Positions 36,404-47,869 of a stretch of DNA of 64,000 nucleotides are shown piece after piece (position 1 is the first letter of the stretch; each line of letters begins with the position of its first letter). The position numbers and the translations under genes are program-made. The stretch lies in contig CM059431.1 of NCBI GenBank assembly GCA_030390025.1, positions 143,966,001 through 144,030,000 on the forward strand, written 5' to 3'. The notes below the pieces were generated by a model. It saw only the letters and a program-made list of their open reading frames with translations. It did no database searches and was not told where the DNA came from. The DNA comes from Squalus acanthias (taxonomy: Eukaryota).

Positions 36404-39400
36404 TCATTGCCTCAGATTGTAACCACCATCCTGTACCTGGGGAGGCAGCTCGTCACACGGAGGTGCCTCAGGTGGGGGCGCTGCATTAGGCACCCCTTCT
36501 CCATCATCCCATTGGAGCGGCTGAGTCAGTCTCACCCTGCTCATGATCGTGGCTTGCTGTCTTCTTGACCTGCTTGTGGGCTGAAAAAGCTTCATCTGGT
36601 TAATGTGAAACCATTTGATTTTCTGAGGTAACTGAACCGCGTATACCATAGGACAAGCTTTGTAACAATGTTATACGGTCCCTTGTAGAGGCGTTCGAAA
36701 ACTCCCACCCTTGCATAGTTTCATACCATTACCTGGCTCTCTACTTCCCACTCCTGGGGTTTACTCGGAGTCAGGTGTAATCTGTTGCGTTGGTTTGTCT
36801 TCCCAATGTTGTGGGCGGCTCTCAAGTTCAGTTCTTTCAAAGTTCCCCACAGGTCGCTCAGGAATTTGTCCCGAGTGACTTCTTTCATTTGTTTATCAGT
36901 CAGAGTGGGAGCCAACAGATGTGTGGGGGTTCGCATGGGTCTCCCTTTTGCAAATTCATGAGGGGAGTGAACCGCTTCTTTGAATTTGTTACTATGGATC
37001 CCCATAATGATTAGGGGAAGTACCTCATCCCACTTAGTGTGCTGTTCGTTTAATTCCTTTCACAGGGCCAACTTCAACGTGCGGTTCATTCTTTCCACAA
37101 TCCCTGATGACTGCGGGTTGTGGGTTACGTGCTATTTCCCTTCAATTGCAAACAATTTCAGGGTGGCTTGCATCACTTGCCCTGTAAAATGACTCTCTTG
37201 GTCTGACTCTACCAATCGAGGGAGCCCCCATTTAGAAAATATCTCCCTAACTAGGGTCTTGGCCGTCCACAATGCTGCGGCCCACTTGCACGGGAAAGCT
37301 TCAACCCACTTGGTAAAATTCTCCACTTGGACTAGACAATATTTATTGTCCTTCTTAGTGTTGGGCAGGGGTCCGATGAAATCTATCTGGACACACTGCC
37401 CCGGTCCCTCTGGTCGATGGGAGTTTCCGAGGGCAGCCTTTCTTTTATGTGGGTCAGGATTGTTAGCAGCACACACTAAACAGGTTTTACACTAATCTTC
37501 TATGTCTTTCCTCAGATGAGGCAACCACCCTACCTCCTCGACCCGCTTCCAGGTTGTTTCGTGTCCGGTGTGTCCAGCCCCCAGTCCTCCGTGAGCGAGC
37601 TGCATGAATTCCTCCCTGTATCCCTCGGGCACAATCCACTTCTCTCCTTTGAACAACATACCTTACCTGATGTTTACATCTTTGGCCCCATAAGGCCCTT
37701 CTACAATCTGACCTGCTTCTCTTTCCTTGAGGACAGATTTTAGCACTACATCTGTCAGCTGTATTGTTTTGATATCCGGGGGAAGCGGAATAGTAACAGC
37801 CGGAGTGATGACTGCTCCCACTCCCGATTGATACGGGTCCCACGGGACGCCGATCTCCGCTCCCACCTTAGCAAGCTCGTCTGCTTTCCTATTTCCCTCC
37901 CCTCTGGGTTCTGCTTTTAAGTGGGCTTTGACCTTATGGATATAGTATTACTCGTCTCCCCCTCTTATGACTTCCGCTATGTTTGCCAGTATTGGTGCGG
38001 TAACCAGTGACTTGCCATCTGCTGATTTAAAACCTCTTCGAGCCCAAATCGCCAAATATTCTGTGCAAGAATCACATGTAAACATAGAGTCAGAGCAGAT
38101 CGTAGAGGGCGGGGTGCAATAGGTGGGATGTGTTACCACATAAGTTCCAGCTGCTAACTCTGTCTGCTGAGCACTGAGAGTGGTGGGTAGCTTAATCGCC
38201 ACTTCCATTCCTTTCTGTGGGTCGTAAATTCCACATCCTGTTTTACGTTCCCCCTTTTCCACAAAACTAGACCCATCCACATATATGTCTCTCCCTTCAG
38301 GGTGGATACCAGGTTTGAATCTGCCTTCTATTTCCCACACCCCCTCGACTGTACAAGTGTGGGGTTCCCCCATATATATAAGGCTGGGTGCTAATTTCAG
38401 ATCGTTTATCAGTTTCACTTTCAGGTTCATCCCTTCTAACTGTAGGGTCCATGTAGCGACCCGAGTGCATGGCACTGTTCCCTGCTTAATTCGGCCTTCT
38501 ATCATGAGGCGGGTTGGCGTGTGGTGGGTGAGGAGAGTGATGGGCTGGGTCCCCGGGAATACGGCAAAATGCTTCACTGCCCAGAATGTGGACAGCAAGT
38601 GCCGCTCACAGGTAGAGTATCCCTTCTCCACCTCAGATAGCACTTTGGTGACATAAGCAACTGGTCTCAGACTCCCATTCACTTCCTGCATTAAAACTGC
38701 ACTCAGATTGACGTCTGTTGCCGCTAATTCCAAAAAGAAGTAATCTTAGGGTCTCCGGCCCCAATGCTGGGGCTGTGTGTAGGTCCTTTTTCAAATTTAC
38801 AAAAGCTTCCTCACAGCGCTCATCCCAATCCCATTTCCACTCCCTTTCTGAGTAATCTCAGCAAAGGAGCTGCCGTCGCTGCCTAATTCTCAATACATTC
38901 TCTACAGTACCCTGTCAGACCCATGAATGATCTGAGAGCAGGTATTGAACCCGGGCGGTGAAATTCCTGGACAGTTTGGCGCTTTGCTTCGTCTATCGCG
39001 CGCTCCCCTGGTAGAATTGTCAATCTAAGAAACTGAATCTCTCTTTGCCCTATCTGTGCCTTCTTGGAATTTACCTTGAAACCTACGGCTGCAAGCGATT
39101 CTAACACTTCCTGCAGTAGTTGCTCATGTCCTCTTCGCTATCTGAGAACAGCAGTAAATCATCTACATCCTGCACAAGCTGGCCTGGCTGACTGAATTCT
39201 GATAGGCTGTTAGCCATACACTGGTGGACAATAGACGGGCTATTGTGGAATCCCTGTGGCAAACAAGTCCACGCATACTGCTGACATTTAAAGGTAAAAA
39301 CAAACTTATACTGGTCCTGCGGGTGTGAGGGAATTGACCAGAATCCATTATATATGTCCAATACTAGGAACACAGGGACAGAGCTGGGAATGTTGCCGAT

Positions 39401-40228
39401 TAAATCAATCACAGCTGCTCCTGTGGGAGCACAAGCAGGGATGGTTTTATTCAAGACTCTGTAATCTACAGTCATCCGCCAGGAATTGTCTGGCTTCATT
39501 ACCGGCCAAACAGGAGAGTTAACATGCATCACAATAGGTCTCAGGACCCCTAGTTCTACTAAGGACGCAACAGCTTTTTCTCAGTCTCTCTCTCTGCTTC
39601 CTTGGGGAACGTGCACTGTTTCTGGGGCCGGGACATTGGCTCACCCTCCACACCCACCTCACATCCTGTCCCCCTACCACAATCATGTCTGTGGGTAGCA
39701 CAAGCACCCTTGATATTCTGCACTGCGGTTTGATACCTCTCGGGCACCCTGGCCGTTAGTGTTTCTAAGTCATCGGGTCCCGCAGGTGTTACCACCCACG
39801 CTTCTCCATGTCTCGGGGGTATAACGATTACTTCTTCACCACAGTCCACTCCGCCCCACAAACAGTTATTATCCATATCCACTGTCACATTGTGAGCCAA
39901 CATCCAGTCAGAGCCCAGCACTCCCATTCCTGGCTGATCCCATTTCATTAGTAAACATCTCCACTTAGTTTGTAGGGGTCCGACTGTGAAGATTAAAGGT
40001 TCTGAGACCGCCCCAGCTGCTGAGTTACTCGTGAAACCTCCTAAAACATAGGGGGCGCCACTTGACCAGGGAGACGACATCGGGGATGGAGAGTGGATCT
40101 ACCTTGCTTGACGCTCCAGTGTCTATCAGATAGTCCCCTCTCTCGCCCTCAATCAGGATGTCTACACACGGTCTTCCCCAATCACCGTACCTGAGTGGAC
40201 ACAGGTACTCGGGCTGGGCGCGGCCCCG
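36404..40228 (-). pseudogene. pol: pol: protease, RT, tether (degenerate RNase H), RNase H, integrase; several frameshifts and stops
   Basis: PR YLIDTGAS (~40120). RT NSPVWPVMKPDNSWRMTVDYR, LDIYNGFWSIP, WTCLPQGFHNSP and QDVDD (YVDD mutated). Tether LRPVAYVTKVL..E. RNase H YVDGSS, AQQTEL, SDS, HKVKAH..GNRKADELAK. IN HHCC, QIDFIGPLP, SDQESHF, PQSSGIVERMN and GPY. Confidence 0.93.
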
Positions 40229-41901
40229 TCATGCTCGGGTCTCCCCGCGATCCTCCCCATGGGCCGCGTGGACCTTTCCTTGAGATGGTTCAAGCTCCTT
40301 CATCTGATTAGCTACATATCTAATGAAATCCTGATAACTGGGGGCGCTGGGCTGAGATTCTGCCTCTCGTGGGGCAGCCTCAACCATTTCTTTCCCAGGT
40401 GATCTTTTACAGTTCCGGGCATAATGTCCCACCACCCCACAGGCAGAGCACTTCTTTCCCTGACTCCCCTCTTGTAGCCACTTCCGATGTGCCCCCCCCC
40501 CCTTCATTTCATAGACTGTGCCTTTTGACTTGCTTATTACCCCGGAGTTATTTTTATCGACCTGGCGCGCCTCGAAACGCAGGGGCATTTTCCGCAGCAC
40601 CCTGACCTCAGTATTGGTGATATCTCCTGGGTCAAACTCCGCCATTGCGGCTTGTAAATAGGGCAGATTGTGGGAGATCAGTGTCCGCAACCAATGGTTC
40701 CGCGCTTCTCCGTCGAGGTCTGCTCTCCTTACCGGCCCTCCCATGGCGCATTATAGGTCGGCCATAACCTGTCAGCAAAAGCTGGGTGTTCGTTTGGGCC
40801 TTGATCCACGTCCGCCACGGCCTTCAAATGATCCCCTTTACATTGTCCCAAAACCTGGGCAAACCTCAAATTTAGCGCATCGTCAGTGCCCTCTCCCCTC
40901 TTATTCTCTGGTGGAAGTCCAGCAAAGACACTGGAGCTCAGGGTAAACAGCAGCAAGCGCTTCTTTACCTCCTCAACCAGGTGATTTAAAGCGGCCCTCT
41001 CTTCTCCCTCCAGATAATGTCCTTGGGGGTCCCCTCCCATTGCCAGCTTGTTCATATCACTGGACATTTTCCTTAACTCCTCAGTATTATACGGGTCCAC
41101 AAGCTCCCTCTCTAGCGCCCCCAACGCTCCTTCACCCGCCCCCATGGCTGGTGCCTGGGACCGTTTGTGACACATCAGAGCCATAGGTGGGGGTCTGACT
41201 CCCTCCGGTGGGCTATTTCCAGGTTGTGGGCCCCCATCCGGGTGATTTTTATCAACCCCTTTGCTATCCTGCAGATCTCCTCCAAACACAGGAGTCCTGG
41301 CCCACACAATACACCTCTGGACCTTCAACTTTTCCCCCAGCTCCCTAATCAATTCCGTACATTCAGTGTGATCCCCGGCAGCACTCCGGTCCTCCAGAGC
41401 CTGTCTCTGAGTGACCCTGAATGCAGCCTTCAGATCCTCATCAGCTTTCGCTGCTCGTTCAGCCCGATCTCTCTGGTTAGCCGCCTCCTCTGACCAAACA
41501 GCACACTGATTCTGATTATTTACACACCGGCTCTCAAGGTACTGCTCTTTATTACACCACCTCTCCTTTACCTTTTTAAGCTGTCCCCTCAGCCTCTTCT
41601 TAATTTCTCTTTCGTCGTCTAATTGCGATCGAAGCCGTTTTACAACCGCTTCCTTATCACTGCCATCCTTTGCCATCTCTTCCATCTCCTTATGCATCTG
41701 AGCCATTTTACACACATCATTCTTAAACTGCCTCTGGTCTGCCATTAATAAGACGGCCTTTACCATCCTTGGCCGGCAGTTGGACCCTTGGCTCCACTGT
41801 TCAGCCTCAGCCACTGGGTCAGCACCATCAATAATGACCCGTACCCACCGCTCCCTGAGGGGTAACTTCGCTCTCACATATTTCCTGACTAACTCATCCA
41901 T
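40229..41901 (-). pseudogene. gag: gag with a long coiled coil and one CCHC knuckle; frameshift near 40740
   Basis: Starts MDELVRKY just after the PBS, has a charged heptad region, and contains CSACGVVGHYARNC. Confidence 0.88.
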
Positions 41902-41927
41902 TGTTTTTGACAGTTTGTTCCGAACGA

Positions 41928-41945
41928 GTCCCTGTTCGGGTACCA
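41928..41945 (-). promoter_or_regulatory. Primer-binding site for tRNA-Lys(UUU)
   Basis: TGGTACCCGAACAGGGAC matches the canonical Lys3 PBS TGGCGCCCGAACAGGGAC at 16/18 positions, 5 nt from the LTR end. Confidence 0.9.
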
Positions 41946-41950
41946 GGATC

Positions 41951-42335
41951 TGTAAGATGTTCTGATTGTCTGAGAGTTTATAGAGTTCAGACTCGGGGAA
42001 CAGACAACACAAAACCCAATGAATCTGTGAAACTTCGTTTACTTAAAAATTAACAAAAGGTTACAAGTAAATCCCAGAATACAAACTGCACTGAATTCAT
42101 GACCGTATCACAAGCAAGCATCTAAAATCATTGACTTTAAGCTCAGGTGATTATAAGTAAAACTACATACATACTGTTCACCAGATGAGAGGTCAATTCA
42201 ACGATGACAGACGTATGACTAACTGTAACTGGCACTTGACCAGGCCACCATCGACTATAGCCGCGAATCTCAGTGTCCAATAACACTTATAACCCAAAAC
42301 TGGGCAACTGGCCCCCAGCATTCATGTCCCAAACT
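41951..42335 (-). repeat. 5' LTR remnant (R/U5 side; upstream part apparently missing or divergent)
   Basis: Direct repeat of 31435-31815 that ends ..CTTACA next to the PBS. Confidence 0.85.
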
Positions 42336-42649
42336 GTGGGGAATGTTGTTTTCCTCTCTCTCTCTCTCTCTCTGTTTTGACGCTCAGCTCTCCAAGGCAA
42401 GACTCCAAGGACTGCAAAGAGTCATTGTTTTTCATACCTGCAGGGCTGTTGAGGTTCTCACAGAATTTTCAAGAACTTATCTTCTGACGGAAATGTACCA
42501 GCTCATTATAAGTTTTGCAAATGTTTTTAACCAAAAGTCTCTTGCCCTCAAAGCTTTTCGGTGCATTTGGTCACTTATAGATTCTGTCAAATGGAGATCC
42601 AGAAAGTTTACCAGGACAGATCTATTTTTGGGCCTCAACTATTCACCGC

Positions 42650-43580
42650 TTTTATTAACGAGTAAGTAGATGGGATTGAGAGCCACATATCCACGTTTGA
42701 CGATGTCAGAACGATAGGCCGCATATAAGCAGGTTTGATGGAAGCAAGAAATTAGAAGAGATATTAATAGATTAAGTGATTGTACAAAAATTTGGCAAAT
42801 TGATTTAAATATAAGCAAATGTGAGGTCATCCATTTTGGATCTAAAATGGAGAGATCGGAATACTTTCTAAATGGTGAATAGCTGGAACCAGTGGATATC
42901 CAAAGAGACTTAAGGGTCCATGTACATATATCTTTAAATTGTCATGGACAGGTACAGAAAATATCAAAAAGGCTAATTGAATGGTGATATTTATATCTAT
43001 AGGACTACAATATAAGGGGGGGAATTTATGCTACAGCTACAAAAAACACTGATTAGACCACACCTGGAGTACTGTGCTCAGGTCTGCGCATCACAACTTA
43101 GTAAGGATGTATTAGCCTTAAAGAGTGAAGTGTAGATTTAACAGAATGATACATAGAGATCAAGGGTTAAATTATGAGGCGAGATAACACAAGCTAGGGT
43201 TGTATTCTCTGAAATTTAGAAGCTTAAGGGGTGATTTGATTGAAGTACTCACGACATTTAGGGGAACTGACAGGGTAGATAGAGAGAAGCTATTTACGAT
43301 GAGTCACCAGTCAAGGACTAGGTGACCTAGCCTAAATATTAGATCCAAGCCTTTCAGGAGTGAAGTTAGGAAACACTTCTACATGCAATGAGTGGTAGAA
43401 ATGTGTAACTCCCGTTTGCAAACAGCAGTTGATGCTGAGTCAATTGTTAATTTTAAAGCTGAGCTTGATAGATAGTTGTTAACCAAAGGTATTAAGGGAT
43501 CTGGAGCAAACCGAGTTATGTCACAGATCTCATTGAATGGCAGAAAGGCTCGAGGGGTTAAGTGGCCAACTCCTGTAATA
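42650..43580 (+). mobile_element. Old CR1 RT and 3' fragment, paralogous to 48430-49365
   Basis: Degenerate RPHLEYC and [10 protein letters not shown] motifs; shares its 3' flank with the second copy. Confidence 0.75.
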
Positions 43581-43678
43581 AAAACATAAAATGCTTGAAA
43601 TACTCAGCAGGTCAGGCATCATCTGTGGAGAGAGAAACAGAGTTAACTTTTCAGCTCGATGACCCTTCGTCAGAAGTG
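43580..43678 (-). mobile_element. Short Penelope pseudo-LTR/SINE-like fragment
   Basis: Matches 17985-18085 and 55915-56012, and is flanked by the duplicated AAGTGGCC(A/T)ACTCCTGT. Confidence 0.7.
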
Positions 43679-43755
43679 GCCTACTCCTGTTACTGTAATC
43701 ACTGTTAAAGAATCAGAGCACGAATGTGGAGATGAAAATCGCGATTAAAAAGCAG

Positions 43756-43828
43756 CGCCCGAATAGGGACTTGAACCCTAGACCCTCAGATTAAAAGTTT
43801 GATGCTCTACCGACTGAGCTATCCGGGA
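43756..43828 (-). tRNA. tRNA-Lys(UUU) gene or recent pseudogene
   Basis: TCCCGGATAGCTCAGTCGGTAGAGCATCAAACTTTTAATCTGAGGGTCTAGGGTTCAAGTCCCTATTCGGGCG has 4 differences from vertebrate tRNA-Lys3. A and B boxes are intact, with a T5 terminator at 43747-43751. Confidence 0.88.
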
Positions 43829-43847
43829 TTGTGCGAGCAAAAGCTCA

Positions 43848-46800
43848 ACATAGAATCATAGAAGATAGGAGCAGGAGTTGGCCATTCGGCCCCTCTAGCC
43901 TGCTCCGCCATTCAATGCGATCATGGCTGATCATCCAAATTCAGTACCCTCTCCCTGCTTTCTCCCAAATTCCTTGATCCCTTTAGCCTTAAGTAATATA
44001 TCCAACTCCTTCTTCAATCTATTTAATGAATTGGCCTCTACTGCCTTCTGTGGCAGAGAAGTCCACAGGTTCACCACTCTCTGGGTGAAGAAATTCCTCC
44101 TCATTTCTGTCCTAAATGGCTTACCCCTTATCCTTAGACTGTGAACTCTGGTTCTGGACTCCCGGCCATCGGGAACATCCTTCCTGCATCTAGTTTGTCC
44201 AGTCCCGTGAGAATGTTATAAGTTGCAAAGAAACCCCTCTCATTCTTCTAAACTCCAGCGAGTATAAGCTCAATCGACCCAATCTCTCTTCATAAGTCAT
44301 TCCTGCCACCCCAGGTATCAGCCTTGTGAATCTTCGCTGAACTCCTTCCATGGTAAGAACATCCTTCCTCAAATAAGGCAACCAAAACTGCACACAGTAC
44401 TAAAGGTGTGGTATCACCAAGGCCCTGTACAACTGCAGCAAGACATCCTTGTTCCTTTACTCAAACCCTCTCACTATGAAGGCCAACATACAATTTGCCT
44501 TCTTAACCGCCTGCTGCACCTGTATGCTTACCTTCAGCGACTGGTGCACAAGGTCACCCAGGTCTCGTTGCACTACCCCTTCTCCCAATCTATTGCCATT
44601 CAGATAATAATCTGCCTTTCTGTTTTTGACAACGAAGTGGATAACCTCGCATTTATCCACGTTATATTGCATCTGCCACGCTTCCGCCCAATCACCCAAC
44701 CTGTCCAAATACATAGATACATAGATACATAGAAGATAGGAGCAGGAGTAGGCCATCCGGCCCTTCGAGCCTGCTCCGCCATTTAATGAGATCATGGCTG
44801 ATCCTCCAATTCAGTATCCCGTCCCCGCCTTCTCTCCGTAACCCTTAACCCCTTTTGCCTGTAGAAATATATCTAATTCCCTCTTAAATATATTTAATGA
44901 GCTGGCGTACACTGCCCTCTGTGGCAATGAGTTCCACAGGTTCACCACCCTCTGAGTGAAGAAATTCCCCCTCATTTCTGTCCTAAATGGTTTAGCCCTT
45001 ATCCTTAAATTATGTCCTCTAGTTCTGTTCTCACCCGCCAAGGGAAACATTCCTTCTGCATCTAGTCTGTCTAGACCTGTCAGAATTTTATACACTTCTA
45101 TGAGGTCCCCTCTCAATCTTCTAAACTCCAGTGTGTACATCCCTAAACTACATAGTCTCTCCTCATAGGTCAATCCCGCCATTCCTTGTATCAGCCTGGT
45201 GAATCGCCGCTGCACCCCCTCCATGGCAAGAACATCTTTCCTCAGATGAGGCGACCAAAACTGTACACAGTACTCGAGGTGTGGTCTCACCAGTGCCCTG
45301 TACAGCTGCAGCAAGGTATCCCTGTTCCTGTATTCCAACCCTTTTGCTATGAAGGCCAGCATACCGTTTGCCTTCTTGACCGCCTGTTGCACCTGCATGC
45401 TCGCCTTCAGTGACTGGTGTACAAGAACACCCAGGTCTCTCTGTACTTCCCCCTCTCCCAATTTATTGCCATTTAAATAATAATTTGCCCTCCCGTTCCT
45501 GCACCCAAGGTGGATAACTTCGCACTTGTCCACATTATAGTGCATCTGCCATTTATCCGCCCAATCACCCAGTCTGTCCAAATCGCTCTGGAGCTTCCTG
45601 GTCTCCTCCTCTGAGCCCACCCCCCCTCCTAGTTTAGTGTCGTCTGCAAATTTGGAAATGCTGCATCCGACTCCCTGATCCAGGTCATTAATGTAAATTG
45701 TGAACAGCTGGGGACCCAGGACAGATCCCTGTGGTACCCCACTTGTTACTGCCTGCCATTCAGAAAATGAGCCGTTTATTCCAACTCTCTGTTTTCTATC
45801 TGACAGCCAGTTCTCTATCCACGTCAATACTTTCCCCTTTATCCCATGAGCTTCAATTTTCCCTGCTAATCTTTTATGTGGGACCTTATCGAAGGCCTTT
45901 TGGAAGTCCAGGTACACCACATCTACTGGCTCTCCCCCATATATTTTACCAGTTACTCCCTCAAAAAATTCCAATAGATTAGTCAAGCACGATTTACCCT
46001 TTGTAAATCCATGTTGACTCTGTCCTATCCTGTCCCCATTTGCTAAGTGCTCCGCTATTTCATCCTTAATGATGGACTCCAGCATTTTGCCCACAACTGA
46101 TGTAAGGCTTACAGGTCTGTAATTACCTGCTTTTTCCCTACCCCCCTTTTTGAATAGTGGGGTAACGTTAGCTACCCTCCAATCGATGGGCACTGTTCCC
46201 GAGTCTAATGAATTCTGAAAAATCATACTTAGTGCATCCGCTATCTCTAGGGCCACCTCCTTCAGCACCCTAGGATGCATGTTATCAGGCCCTGGGGATT
46301 TGTCCGCCTTCAATCCCTTTAGCTTCCTTAACACCATATCCTTAGAGATATTGATTTGCGTCAGTTCCTCCTTTGCAAATGTCCCTATTTTTCCCGATAT
46401 CCCAGGGAGGTTTTTTGTGTCTTCCTTCGTAAAGACTGACCCAAAGTATGCATTTAGTTGGTCTGCCATTTCCTTATTTCCCGTTATATATTCCCCCGTA
46501 TCTGACTGCAATGGGCCAACTTTGGTTTTCACCAGTCTTTTCCTCTTGATATACTTATAAAAGCTTTTGGAGTTAGTTTTTATATTTTCCGCCAGCTTGC
46601 TTTCGTAAGCTATTTTGCCCCTCTTGATTAAGCCCTTTGTCCTCCTTTGCTCTATCTTAAACTGTTCCCAATCTTCCGCTCTGGTGCTTTTTTTGGCTAT
46701 TTTATACGCCCTATCTTTGGATTTTATGCTGTCTCTAATTTCCCCTGTTATCCACGGTTGAGTCACCTTTTTAGATTTCCTTTTATGCCAGATTGGTATA

Positions 46801-47698
46801 AACAATTTTTGCAATTTTGTCATTCTATCTTTAAATGCTTGCCATTGTTTATCTACCTCCAGTCCTCCCAGGAACGTTGTCCAATCAGACCTGCTCAGTT
46901 CCCGTCTAATGGCATCATAATTCCCCTTGTTTAAATTCAGGACCTTAGTATCTGAGTCAATTTCTTCGCTCTCCATTTCGAGTGAGAAATCGATCATGTT
47001 ATGATCGCTCTGACCCAAGGGTCCCCGTACAACAAGATTACTAATTAGTCCCTTCTCATTGCACAGTACCCAGTCCAATATAGCCTGTTCCCGAGTTGGT
47101 TCCTCGACATATTGATCCAGATAACCATCCCTTAAACACTCAAGGAATTCCTCCTCCTCATTATTTTTATCCTGGAGTTTCTCGGCATCCTCCTCGCAGC
47201 ACACACGCCCACCCAGTTTTGTGTCGTCTGCAAACTTGGAGATATTACATCTAGTTCCCATGTCTAGATCATTAATATATATTGTGAATAGCTGGGGTCC
47301 AAGGACCGATCCCTGCGGTACCCCATTCGTCACTGCCTGCCACTCGGAAAAAGACCCGTTTATTCCACCTCTTTGCTTTCTGTTTGCCAACCAGTTCTCT
47401 ATCCAGTCTATACCTTGCCCTCAATCCCATGTGCCTTAACTTTACACGCTAATCTCTTATGCGGGACCTTATCAGAAGCCTTTTGGAAGTCCAAATACAC
47501 CACATCCACTGATTCTCCCTTATCTATTTTACCAGTTACATCCTCAAAAACTTCCAGTAGATTTGTCAAGCATGATTTACCTTTTGTAAATCCATGTTGA
47601 CTTTGTCCGATCCTGTGACTGTTTTCCAAGTGCTCAGCTATTACTTCTTTTATAATGGACTCTAGCAATTTCCCCACTACCGATGTCAGGCTTACCGG
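43848..47698 (-). mobile_element. Decayed CR1 (43848-44710 plus 47171-47698) interrupted by a younger CR1
   Basis: The RT sequence is colinear across the gap (EEDAEKLQ // LDRLGDWAEAWQM). Confidence 0.88.
44711..47170 (-). mobile_element. Young 5'-truncated CR1 with an uninterrupted ORF2 from the late endonuclease to the stop
   Basis: About 785 open codons (EEEFLECLRDG..KGYGEKAGTGY*) and an (ATCTATGT)n tail. Confidence 0.93.
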
Positions 47699-47869
47699 AC
47701 TTTCTTTGGCTGGCATGCATCATTGCACCCTCTACCAATTGCATTTGTTTGTCCAGTAATCCAGCCTGTATATCGCATTTCTCTCACAAATCCAGACTGA
47801 CTGCCTCAAAACGGCTTCACTTCAGAAATATTCTCCCTCCAACAAATGACACGCTCTTTAGCAGCGGCG

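Larger units (their letters stand above)
31435..42335 (-). mobile_element. Endogenous retrovirus, lokiretrovirus-like (LTR-gag-pol-env-LTR), decayed
   Basis: Direct repeats at 31435-~31815 and 41951-~42335, with PBS, gag, PR, RT, two RNase H-like domains, IN and env colinear on the minus strand. The ERV call is firm; the lineage assignment is inference. Confidence 0.88.

Noticed and set aside
41902..42012. N-terminal extension of the 427-aa gag ORF
   Set aside because: It runs through the LTR and PBS from a non-ATG start; the ATG at 41901 is more plausible.
31435..42335. Assignment as a foamy virus or a plain Ty3/gypsy element
   Set aside because: A CCHC-bearing gag in frame with pol, a Lys3-type rather than Lys1,2 PBS and no visible accessory ORFs argue against foamy. 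The second RNase H and the env argue against a typical gypsy. A phylogeny is still needed.
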